Shown here: positions 52,666 to 64,000 of the stretch, one piece after another
Layout: each line of letters opens with the position of its first letter
Position numbering within the stretch: the first letter of the stretch is position 1
DNA from: Eledone cirrhosa
Taxonomy: Eukaryota
Assembly (NCBI GenBank): GCA_964016885.1
Contig: OZ024743.1
Location: 41,354,001-41,418,000, forward strand
Direction of reading: 5' to 3'
Length of the DNA: 64,000 bases
Translations under genes and position numbers: made by a program
The notes under the pieces: model-generated
The model's input: only the letters and a program-made list of their open reading frames with translations
What the model was told of the DNA's origin: nothing
Databases searched by the model: none

Positions 52666-52935
52666 ATACTTAGGGAGGGTCATATTTGTGTAATATTGCC
52701 AGAATTAATAACAGAACACACTCACTGCTGGTTGGTTTTCGCTTTTCGCTTTTGTGTCTTTTATATCGGTAATCTAATTTATTCGGTCCTCAATGTTGCC
52801 ATTGACTGACCAACTGTCAAAAATAATACAGATACAATATAGACACAAACACATATATATAGTTTATCAAAGTTCTTTCGTTGCACATCTGCAACATCGT
52901 CAGTGGTGCTATTGTTTCCTCCCGTTGCATAGTAT
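52660..52935 (-). mobile_element. Solo pLTR of the Neptune-type element at 8557-11595
   Basis: Colinear high-identity match to 8557-8830, including the HHR-like motif. (TA)n on both sides. Confidence 0.88.
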
Positions 52936-52943
52936 TTTCTATA

Positions 52944-53009
<66 letters not shown>

Positions 53010-53010
<1 letters not shown>

Positions 53011-53365
53011 AGCAAAAGGGATATTCAATATGTTGGTAATTCAACAAATATAAATGTTTATAATTGATTCAGAGCACTCGGTGGGTTTTCTGGAGTATAA
53101 TATTCAATGATAATAAATAAATGGTAACTATATTTATGAAACCATATTTACTCTATTATATATATTTCAAGGGAACCTAAACTTTGGTACGCTCTCATCA
53201 GATAAAACTTGAACCGTTAATGTATATTTTCCTTGGTTATGTCAAAATTTATAAAACACAATTCGTATTTTATCTTATGATAGCTTACCAAAGTTTAGGT
53301 ACCCTTGAAATATATATAATAGAATATGTATGGTTTTATAAATATAGTTTCCATTTATTTAATAT

Positions 53366-53370
<5 letters not shown>
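53010..53370. repeat. Asymmetric, diverged fold-back in (TA)n (arms 53105-53370) with a hammerhead motif (53152-53208 minus; degraded plus copy)
   Basis: Minus strand: UUUUAU CUGAUGA GAG..UACC AAAGUUUA GGU UCCCUU GAA AUA UA UAU A AUAGAG. Confidence 0.8.
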
Positions 53371-53432
<62 letters not shown>

Positions 53433-53436
<4 letters not shown>

Positions 53437-54032
53437 CTGACGAAGGACTATTTTTATCATATGTAACCCATGTGCAACCACGCATTATCCTTCTTTCTTC
53501 TCATGATTTTTATATATATTTACCTCGGCTGCGTTTGTCTGTTTCTCTCTTATTGCTTCCCCGTTCTCTCTGTTTCTCTCACCTTCTTTCGCCCCCTCTC
53601 TCAGTTACAATTTCTCTCGACTGATCGCTTCCTCGCACTTCCACTCACTCACTCTCTGTTTCTCCCCTTCTCACTTCCTCCCGTTTGGCTTACAGTGGGT
53701 CTCTTCTTGCTTACATCTCACTCACGTCGCACGGTCTGTACCTTTCGCTCATGAAATCCACCCAGCGTACGCTGACCGGAAAACCATGTTGCTTGCTTTT
53801 TTCCCATCTTTGATTTGCTTTTATCCTTCTATGTTGTTTACTTGTCCCTCTCGCTTTACGCGATTACTGGTCCCAATACCTTTGTTTAGTTATTGCTCGC
53901 ACCAACCTGAGGTATATGATTTTTAATGAGATGAAATACCAATGATGGTTGGAAAAACACTGACGAAGGACTATTTTTAACATATGTATCCCATGTGCAA
54001 CCACACAGTATTCTTCTTTCTTCTCATGTTTT
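53433..54032 (+). repeat. ~523-bp unit with terminal redundancy, flanked by (TA)n
   Basis: ACTGACGAAGGACTATTTTTA.CATATGTA.CCCATGTGCAACCAC at ~53436 and ~53959. Homologous to 59898-60805. Confidence 0.85.
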
Positions 54033-54035
54033 ATG

Positions 54036-54121
<86 letters not shown>

Positions 54122-54183
54122 GTAAACAGAGATAACAATACAATATGTACAGTATATGGAGGGGATATATATATATTTATATA

Positions 54184-54303
54184 TAGTAATAATAATAAAT
54201 GTGAAGACTATAATCCAATATAGAAGAATCCTAGAGCAAATATTTATTAGATTAACAGATTAAAGTTTAAGCAAAGAATCGCTGCTTTCACCCTTAACGG
54301 GAT

Positions 54304-54306
<3 letters not shown>
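54184..54306. repeat. Truncated copy of the 49.2-kb HHR-bearing family, in (TA)n
   Basis: AGTAATAATAATAAAT.TGAAGACTA...TAACAGATTAAAGTTTAAGCAAAGAATCGCTGCTTTCACCCTTAACGGGATCTT. Confidence 0.85.
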
Positions 54307-54360
<54 letters not shown>

Positions 54361-54661
54361 ATGTGTGTGTGTCTGTCTGTGTGTGTTTATGTATATAGAG
54401 AGAGGTTAATGTATATGTATATATTAATTGCTACAGAGTTATATAGAAAGTACCCATTACGATCGATGTAACATTTTGGTATATGTTGTTCCTCTGACAC
54501 TAACTGGCGTAGGTTTGTTAGTTGGTCTTCTGGGACTCTTTGGGTATAGGTCTAATGGGCGTGATTAATTTCACGTTATGCACCAATTCGTATGTTTCTT
54601 GCAGCTAAGGTCTGCTGTAAGTAAATGTGTTATACGTACTTGTTTTAGTGGATATATATAT

Positions 54662-54878
<217 letters not shown>

Positions 54879-55263
54879 AGAGAGAGAGAGAAAGGGGGCG
54901 AGAGGGATGGATAAATAGAAGGGGGAAATTGACAGAGAGGAGGGGTGAGTAAATATATTTTATTGCATTTATATGGTAAATATAATAAAATATGTGAAAG
55001 ATGTTTCTTAGAATTTTAGATAAACATGAATGCGGCATTTCTAATGCGTTACTTTCAGAATAGCACAATATACATTCGTTATTGTTAACATTCATCACGC
55101 ATATTTTGACTGTGATTAATATTACAACATTCCTCTCTAACATCTCTCCCAATGCTAGAACCTCCGCCTCTCAACAACAATACCTTCCCAAATATTCATT
55201 TGGGATTATCTGAAACTTTAAATAATATTTTTACAAATCTCTACGACCTGGAGCTGAAACACA

Positions 55264-55388
<125 letters not shown>

Positions 55389-55398
55389 GCGCACACAC

Positions 55399-55430
<32 letters not shown>

Positions 55431-56918
55431 TTAGAAGGCCATATTTGTCACAAAATGAGAATGTAATTCTCAGACAGAATCAGAGTGTTAGTGTGTGACA
55501 AATCTTTTACATACACACCAATGCACCCACGAAGAGAAAATAGCAACAGACTGTTAAATCTTTGTTTGATGTTTTTCGTTACCAGAAGTACCACTGCTAA
55601 CACAGCGGTAACTTCATTATGATCGTATTTACATTGATATATTTCAATCTAAACTATAATAAATTAAGGAGTGCGGGACTGTGTCCAGAATATATTTTTT
55701 TTTATCACGTTTGTAAAATAAGTTGGATTACTTCGAATAAATAATGAATGAATATTACATAATTTATCTACTAAATTTGGTTATTATTGATTAAATATAA
55801 ATACTTTTGTTGCTTATTTTAAGATTCACTTCTTTAAAATGTTCAAATGTCAACACTTCAAGTTAACGTGGCTTTAATAAACATTCCTATATTTCCGTCA
55901 CTAATTTTTTTCCTATGCAGTTTATATATAATATCGTCTTATATACTGTATCATGGATTACATTACTGATTACATAAGAGAGTGTAACGCAGTCTACGTT
56001 CAATTTCTGTGTATATTGTCAATTACGATTTTATTTGATGTATCATATCTACATGCATATATACTTGAGTATAATATCAATATGCACACTACACATACTA
56101 GCAGAAAACCACCGAAGGGTGGTTTTTCTTCTAGTATATGTAAATATTCTTCTATTTCGTGAGTTACTTCGCTTTTAATCTGCTCTATTTGATATTCAAT
56201 ATTTTTGATAGGATACAGCTGTTAGGGTCAAGTGTGTCTGTAGAATACTTAACTATTAACAGGTTTATTTAGCGAACAGATTAATCGGTATATCGGACAA
56301 CATGAACATTCTTCACCGGGAATGACAAATGTTCTCCCTAAACTAGATTTGAATATCACTTAACATTTTTTTGTGATTGTCAGTACTTGTTTTACTATAC
56401 CTTTCAGGCAATGTTAAATTTGTAAAAGTTTATTACGACCATTATCTTTATTATACTCAACTTTGTTTTAAATTACAAAAATGTGAGTTCATTTGTAAAA
56501 TCATGTTTATATATATATAATATGAAGTATTGTCAGTCAACAAGTTTGCCTTAGGTTATGTTCTATGAAATATTTTTTCACAATTGGACAAGAAAAAAAT
56601 CATAGTATTGTCATCGAGACGCTTTGTATAATTTTCAAATGACAGTCAGGTGCATTTATCTGATTTCCCTCATTAATTGTAGTGTTCCTGAATGACAAAC
56701 GGATGTTGGCTACAGTTTCAAAGCCCCGAAGCATTATTAACGAGTAGTCGTGTATACAGTCTTCTACAGTCTTAAAATAAGAATAATTTCCTTTTTCTTG
56801 AAATGAAATAGCTTCATTGCAATATTTTACAAGACATACCCCATTCATCAACCTGATACAGAAAATATAGTTGCTAGTTACTAGTTACCATTCTCATTAT
56901 TATTCTTAATAGGTGTAT

Positions 56919-57141
56919 TGGCGGTGGATTGGCTGTATCGGTAGAGAGTCGGACACCACGCTTTGCAGCAGAGAGTTATGGTCCTTTACCGTCCGAGTTC
57001 AAATCCCGCCAAGGTTAAATTTGCTTTTCATCCTTACGGGGTCGATAAAATAAAGCACCTGTAACGTACTGGGATCGATTTAATCGACTTTCCCCATCCC
57101 CTAAATTACTGGCACTGTGCCTATAGTAGAAATCATTATTA
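56919..57141 (+). mobile_element. tRNA-derived SINE (octopod-type, long-tail variant)
   Basis: Head GGCGGTGGATTGGC, B-box GAGTTCAAATCCC, core, then GATTTAATCGACTTTCCCC tail. Confidence 0.85.
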
Positions 57142-58394
57142 CTCTTAATAACTCAATGCGATTTCATTTACAGGGTGTCTGCAATTGTAGTTTCATCTTG
57201 TGTAGCCTATGCCATAATTGAATACCTAATAAAATCAGGTTCAATTCCTCTGAAATGTTTCTATTCAGCTGCCTTACGATGCTCCTTATATTGGTTTTGC
57301 CTTTTGTATTTGCTTAGTGGCATTTTGCATTGCATTTTGTCAGCAATTTATATACCATGTATGACTAAGTTCTTATCTCGTCCGAAAGTATCTAAGCATG
57401 ACATTTACTAGTTCCCAATCGCCTCTACAGTTGCACATCTTTATCCAGTATGATGATTTTTCAACACGCCTGATGAAAAATTAGTATGTAATGTTCTACT
57501 CATATTAGGTAAACGACCATGGGAACAAATCTGTTTTATGAGGCAGTATATATGGGCATAATTATTTAATACTATCCCCTAATTATTATAATTATATAGT
57601 GCTATCAGATACTACTTCGAAGAAAAGGGAAGAGATATCGACTATCAGCACTAAACGGAGTAACCTTCTTTTAGTTATACAAACATGTATACAGACAGAC
57701 ACACACAAACACCCAGACCCCACCCCTCTATATACATATATATGTGTGTGTGTATTAACTTCTCACTTCAATGAGTGCTTTGTGATTGCCTCAAAACTTT
57801 CTATTAGTACCTGCAATATTGCGGTGGAAACGTCGATTGATACCCAATTTTATTATTCTCTTAACTCCAAGTATAAGATTGATAACGTGTTAGTTATTTT
57901 GTTTATAAATGCTAGCTGAGAGCTTTTGTTTTGAGGCTAGGAGAATCTGTTTATTATCACATCCCGATAATAACCACCAATAGCGCGGCCATCTTGAACT
58001 TCCTCTTTTGAGAAAGATCATGGGAGGACACTGGCAGATTTACTACTATAGTTAAAATGATGTAAACAGACCGAACCACGGTTACAGAGAAACAAAACCT
58101 GCCGAAGACAGGATTTCGAGTTCTATCGTGGAAATGCACACATGAATTGCATATGCATTATACAATGTGTGGTGCAGCTTCTAGAGGTCCCAGAAACCTT
58201 TCGAAGATTTTTTTGTCATAGATTTCTATAGATTCTAATCGACTCGTGATGGTCCAGGTTACGCTTCAACCTATTTGTATTTATCGTTGTTTTGGTATTA
58301 GTATGGCCCCTGCTTTTGGTCGTTTTTCTTTGTGTCACACTTTATAAATTTGTGTTTGTACTCTAGAGCATAATGTATTAACTGATCACTCCAT

Positions 58395-58700
58395 TGAGTG
58401 ATTTGTGATTGCCTCAAACAATTCCATTAGCATCTACTATATTGCGGTTACAACTGCAATCCATACCCAATAGCCATTGGGGCTCACAAGGGAACGGGCG
58501 AAAGATTCAAGAACACACGCTTTGTCCGTTCCCTCGTAATTTCAATTTGGATTGCCTCGGGAATGTTATCTTATTATGTAAGAAACTGTCTGATGATGTC
58601 ATGGCACTGAGCACACTGAATCGTGTGGCCACTATCGTCATTGAAATATGTATCACAGCATTATTAATATGTGTAACTACTTCGCATTTTCTTATTCTAA
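58395..58700. repeat. Interspersed repeat also found in the palindrome arms (14125-14280, 14480-14515) and partly at 57770-57850
   Basis: Shared TTCAATTTGGATTGCCTC, GTGTGGCCACT.TCG..ATTGAAAT...ACAGCATTATT and AACTACTTCGC.TTT.CTTATTCTA. Confidence 0.75.
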
Positions 58701-58932
58701 ATATACTCCATGATTCAGGAGAATCGTGGTTTACTGAGGAAGGGACCAAAATCAAGACTTTATGCTATGGCAGGTGAGATATTGGTTTTGCTTTATTAAA
58801 TCCAGATGAGAAGATCGGACAAGGGTTGCGGCTACAGTATTTACATTGATCTGAAACCGCGCATCGGTGAAACGTTTGCAACTGTGTATAATCAATAACA
58901 ACCTAAATGTGAAACCTCGTTTTGTTTTTTTT

Positions 58933-59153
58933 ATAATGGTTTCTGATATAGGCACGAGGCCAGCAATTTTTGGGGGGTTCTGAGGGAGAGGGATTCGATT
59001 AAATAAACCCCAGTGCGTGACTGCTACTTTATCTTATCGACCCACAGAGAAAGAAAGGCAAAGTTAACCTCGGCGGGATTTGAATTCAGACCGTAAAGGG
59101 CCTTAATTCTATGCTTCAAGGCAAGATCTACCGATACTGCCAATCCACCGCCC
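58933..59153 (-). mobile_element. tRNA-derived SINE (octopod-type, long-tail variant)
   Basis: Reverse complement of the SINE head, core and tail. Confidence 0.8.
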
Positions 59154-59171
59154 ATTTGTTTATTATACATA

Positions 59172-59245
<74 letters not shown>

Positions 59246-59246
59246 C

Positions 59247-59297
<51 letters not shown>

Positions 59298-59347
59298 TAT
59301 ATAAATACATATATATATATATATACATATATACACAGTATATATAC

Positions 59348-59476
<129 letters not shown>

Positions 59477-59528
59477 ATATATTAAAATACAAATATTAAT
59501 ATAATAAATGTTCTTTTGATCAATTAAA

Positions 59529-59579
59529 TTTTATTATACATATTTCAGAGGTACAACAGTACGTCCTCATCAGACAAAA
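59529..59579 (-). ncRNA. Type I hammerhead ribozyme, canonical core
   Basis: Minus strand: UUUUGU CUGAUGA GGAC GUAC UGUU GUAC CUCU GAA AUA UG UAU A AUAAAA. Confidence 0.7.
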
Positions 59580-59806
59580 TATAATTATACATGACATACA
59601 CTGAGATGTTAATTGGTTAAGATTTAATCGAGGTAGTGATTAACATAAGAACATCCTCTACATTTATACCCTAATAATGAGAAAATGCGAAAACGTAATA
59701 AATTCAATAGAGAATGTATGAGTAAAATTTGTTTCTGCATAAATTACTCCCTTTATCTCTCCGTCTCTTTAAGCATATATAAGTTGCCTTCTTATATATA
59801 TATATG

Positions 59807-59897
<91 letters not shown>

Positions 59898-59901
<4 letters not shown>

Positions 59902-60805
59902 TCCCGTTCACTAGGAGTCGGATTCTTTCTTTCTCACATCCGATTCACAGCGAAAGGTCTGTTTGCTAAGCGCTCATGAATTCACCCAGCTTACGCTGAT
60001 TGAATAACCGTGTTGCTTGTTTTTTCTTCCCATCTTCGGTTAGCTTTTCCTTCTATGTCTCACTTTTACTTGTCTCACTCGCTTTACGCGTTTCACTTGT
60101 CCCAATAACTAAAATAGCTTATTTTAGTTATTGCTCGCACCAACCTGAGGTATATGATTTTTAATGCGATGAAATACCAATGATCGTCGGCAAATCACTG
60201 ATGAGGGACTAATTATATAATATGTAATCCATGTGCAACCATGGAGTATTCTTCTCCCCATATTTTTCATATATTTACCTAAACTGCGATTATCTGTTTC
60301 TCTCTTTCTCTCTTACTGCTCCCTCGTTCTCTCTGTTTCTCTTACCTTCTTTCGTCCCCTCTGTCAGTTAACACTTTCTCTCAACTGACCTCTTCCTCGC
60401 ACTTCCACTCACTTACTCTCTGTTTCTCCCCTTCTCACTTCCTCCCGTTCGCTAGGAGTCGGATTCTTTCTTTCTCACATCCCATTCACAGCGAAAGGTC
60501 TGTTTGCTAAGCGCTCATGAATTCACCCAGCTTACGCTGATCGAATAACCATGTTGCTTGTTATTTCTTCCCATCTTCGGTTAGCATTTCCTTCTATGTT
60601 GTTTACTTGTCTCACTCGCTTTTCGCGTTTCACTTGTCCCAATAGCTTATTTTAGTTATTTCTCGCACCAACCTGAGGTATATGATTTTTAATGCGATGA
60701 AATACCAATGATCGTTGGCAAATCACTGATGAGGGACTAATTTTATAATATGTAATCCATGTGCAACCATGCAGTATTCTTCTCCTCATATTTTTCATAT
60801 ATATA
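59898..60805 (+). repeat. Partial tandem duplication (unit ~530-545 bp), same family as 53.4 kb and 21 kb, abutting (TA)n
   Basis: 59902-60275 is repeated at 60444-60802. CACTGATGAGGGACT occurs at ~60196 and ~60724. Confidence 0.9.
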
Positions 60806-61038
60806 TCTATCTCTCTCTGTTTTTTCTTTACATGAATTTCTTATCTCTATCTATCTGTCTATATCTATCTCTCTCGGTTTTCGTTACATGCATTTCTTCT
60901 TTTTCTTCGTTTTCTTTCTTTCTTTTCTTTTTTCTATAACTGTCCCTAACATTTTTCACTACCAAATCAACTTTTTAAATGTAAGTTGAAGTGTAAGGTA
61001 TGTCAAATCTATCTATTTATAAGACTGTTTATATTGTA

Positions 61039-61100
61039 TTTTGTCTGATGAAGGCATACCATATTTTTAATATGATATCCCTGAAATATATATAATGAAA
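61039..61100 (+). ncRNA. Type I hammerhead ribozyme, canonical core (family of 53.1-53.4 kb)
   Basis: UUUUGU CUGAUGA AGG..CAUAUU UUU AAUAUG..CCU GAA AUA UA UAU A AUGAAA. The downstream 40 nt match 53327-53367, then (TA)n. Confidence 0.72.
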
Positions 61101-61142
61101 TAAATATGATTTTATAAATATAGTTTCCATTTATTTAATATC

Positions 61143-61195
<53 letters not shown>

Positions 61196-61329
61196 TACAC
61201 ACAGATACACACACATATATATGCACTTATTTACTCCATAAACCAAATATTTCTGCAAATACAGGTGTTTCATATGACAAGTTGAACTTCATCAATTTGA
61301 CTTTACTCAAGTGCCCAGTCCAATCCACC

Positions 61330-63140
61330 TCTTTTGAATAGTTATGTTTGTTTATTGAAGAGCTCGAAAGGAAGGACTAATAATTATGGATTAAGCATCG
61401 AAGGAATAAAATGTAAAACTGGGTAATCCTTTTTGCTCTCTTCGTTTTATGTAAAATGTCAGATGAAAAGTGTAAACGTATGTCTTGTAATATGTGATAG
61501 TGTGTTAATCAGAAAAAAGTTTTCATAAAATTATTCGGTATCTATGTACTGTTAGAGCTAATATAAATACCGATGTACAAGGAGTGGGAATAGGAGATGA
61601 GTAAGGTGATAACATAGTTGTCTTCCTGGATGTTAATTAGACATATTTACCCTCCTGAAACTTTCATCGAAGAGAACTGATCTAATTTAATAGCCTTCTG
61701 TAGTCTGTTTATGAGATTATTAATCCGAATTTTTTTAGTCTATACCGTATTAAAATGGATTGAAGTTATGTAATTTCTCCATAGATGAAACATGGAACAT
61801 ATAAATAATCTTCATTCCAAACATAATTATCTAAATGTGAGAGTAAACTTCTTGAACCACTGCCCATACAAGTTCTGAAAAACCGGAACAATGTGGAAAA
61901 CTGTTTCCCTTAACAAAGGAGTAGACTGGGTAAAAAAAATCAGCCAACACTGATCTATTCTATGTATGATATCATTCGATAGCATAGACGTACACGATTT
62001 TGTGTGGTTGTATATTTTGGATATGCTATGAACCAAATTCTCTGACTTCCATGTGGGTCCCTAGCACTAGGATGGTCTGGCTCTACAGAGCTATAAACCT
62101 GACTCCGGCATTTATGTCGTTATCCAAAATTTAATAACAAACTTACATAACCTAAGATTCAAAATTACCGTATCCATCTATCTCACGACCACCAAATTTC
62201 TAGATGTCAACTTCGATCTACACACACGCACGCACACACACACACACTCAGACACACGCACCCCCCACCCCACCCCCCACAGACACAAGCATACACTCAC
62301 ACATACAGGCGCACACACATATACATACATATATACACACACAAACGATTCGAAAAACCAAACGAAAAAGTTAGATCCATTCACAAGAGTTCCTGCCACA
62401 CAATTTGTAAATAAACCTAGTTAATTACATTAGTAAAAGGATCTCTAATCTTACATCCAAGAAGCCCTTTTCGATATGGCAACTCCTTATTATACCAATA
62501 CCCTAGCCAACATCGACTTCATGTTTTACTTACTTGATTAGCAATATGGAACTACCAATCGATTATATGAAGTAAAAAATATGTATGGTTTACACACCGC
62601 TTCTATCTCAATCGTATGAACAAAGAAGGAAATAAAGGTTAGCTCTCATAGATAAACATTTTTCTATACGCCATATGTATGGACAAAAATGTAACGGTTT
62701 CACGGTAACTCTCGGCTTTTTCTTGTGCAAAAGCTATAGAATCCAGCATCATTGCAATCCCAGGAGCTCTCCTGCACGTTGTTAAATATGCAGAAGCCCG
62801 GACATATGACCTTTCGTGCAAGAATGGAACATACCTACCATACTATATAAAGAAGAGGTCACTTCGACCCAACCGAACCAACATTAAATAAAAGGACCTA
62901 TGTGGTAATCTTGGATGGTCGCTTTACAAACTGTTTACTTAAACATGATTAGACATTCAGGGATCCAGGCAAAAGATGAACCCTCAACGATAGCGGCACG
63001 AACGTTTCCAATGAATTCAGGATTCGGGAAAGATCTAGATTTTTTCAAATGGAACATTCTAAAAATGTTTCATTCCACAAATCATGAAAGCAGACTTCTC
63101 CATCATCTGCGACACATGTCCAAATATAATCTAAAAGAAA
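61330..63140 (+). pseudogene. Heavily decayed Penelope-like RT-GIY-YIG element (third PLE lineage)
   Basis: Remnants: KC.L.NP, DWVKK, FKITVSIYLTTTKFLDVNFDL, KRTYVVILDGRF...KH..TFR (GIY-YIG-like) and SRLLHHLRHMSKYNL (like SEL..KCRH..K..L). Confidence 0.65.
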
Positions 63141-63743
63141 CTGGAAACATCCGGACTAACAATATCACACATAGATCTCAGACGACACTCCTTAAAATAT
63201 TTTACCTCACTTTGGGAACACTCAATTTCTATAAAATCTTCAATATTAAAAAGCTCTTTTAATATGATCACCCAGTAAGCCACATAATGTATTCCCAATT
63301 CTTTTATTCCTCTAGCCTCCCCATTTATGTACACATTTTCCTATATTATCTCTAACATTATATAGTTCCTAATAATATTATTAGAAAAAAAAACTTTTTT
63401 TTCTAAATAATCCACCATCACTCACTACATAACGCCAACGTTATGTCCCTTTATCTGAAATTTTACGTAAAACAGAGCAAAAAGGATTACCTTACTTTAC
63501 ACACAATTCACTACATAACTAATTCCTAATTATCACCCCTTTCTTTAGTACTCTTCTATTAAGGAGAAATGAACAAACACAACCATTCCAAAATGACCGG
63601 GCTGAGGATTTGTGTAAGTCAAACTGACGAAGTTAAACTTGGCATAATTACACTATATAAAAAAAACTTACCTGATCACATAATTTTAAATCATTAATTT
63701 TTAGTTTTTAATTCTTATTAATTATTTTTAATTGTAAAACTTA

Positions 63744-63789
63744 ACATTTGATAAGATGAAATATACTAATACATCGAAACCGGTTATAC
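63744..63789 (+). ncRNA. Hammerhead motif, U3-A8 variant, downstream of the decayed PLE
   Basis: AU UUGAUAA GAUG ..loop.. CAUC GAA AC CG GU U AU. Stem I is weak. Confidence 0.6.
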
Positions 63790-63952
63790 TTTATATAATT
63801 TATATACATTATAAAACTCTTTTTTAACAGAATTTTTTCTCTCATTTGTTCAATAATGTCATTTTGACGAATCAGAGAAATGAAAAAAAAAAGAAAAACA
63901 GACCCTGAAATATATTTTCCGTGCTATTTCCAATTTCACCTTCTCCCCTCCT

Positions 63953-64000
<48 letters not shown>

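Noticed and set aside
53900-53950. SECIS-like element (AUGA...AA...UGA) in the tandem family
   Set aside because: The helix is too short, AUGA is not conserved in the 21-kb copies, and there is no linked UGA-containing ORF.
58585-58625. CTGATGA as a hammerhead core (also 57470 and 17265)
   Set aside because: No convincing stem II plus GAAA plus stem III/NUH arrangement follows.

Overview
Eukaryotic, AT-rich, repeat-saturated DNA. The tRNA-derived SINE family and dense (TA)n/(CA)n arrays suggest an octopod cephalopod; this is an inference from recalled SINE sequences. I found no confidently intact host gene. Recognisable elements are a CsRn1-type Ty3/Gypsy LTR element (1-2587), a non-autonomous Helitron, a CRE fragment, a near full-length Tx1/L1-clade LINE (25.5-31.1 kb) plus fragments, two RTE LINE pieces (one 5'-inverted), mariner and pogo/Tigger relics, about 12 SINEs, three decayed Penelope-like (PLE) RT/GIY-YIG elements, a 5.9-kb 37-bp satellite and a 61-bp minisatellite. 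The least obvious signal is about 20 hammerhead-ribozyme (HHR) motifs from roughly ten sequence families, nearly all embedded in (TA)n arrays. Many sit in asymmetric fold-back (palindromic) mini-insertions, and several carry non-canonical cores (U3-A8 swap, U4A, A13C). One fold-back has a centre made of a 29-nt copy of nearby genomic DNA plus an iterated 12-mer. All folds and alignments were done by eye, and coordinates may be off by a few bases.
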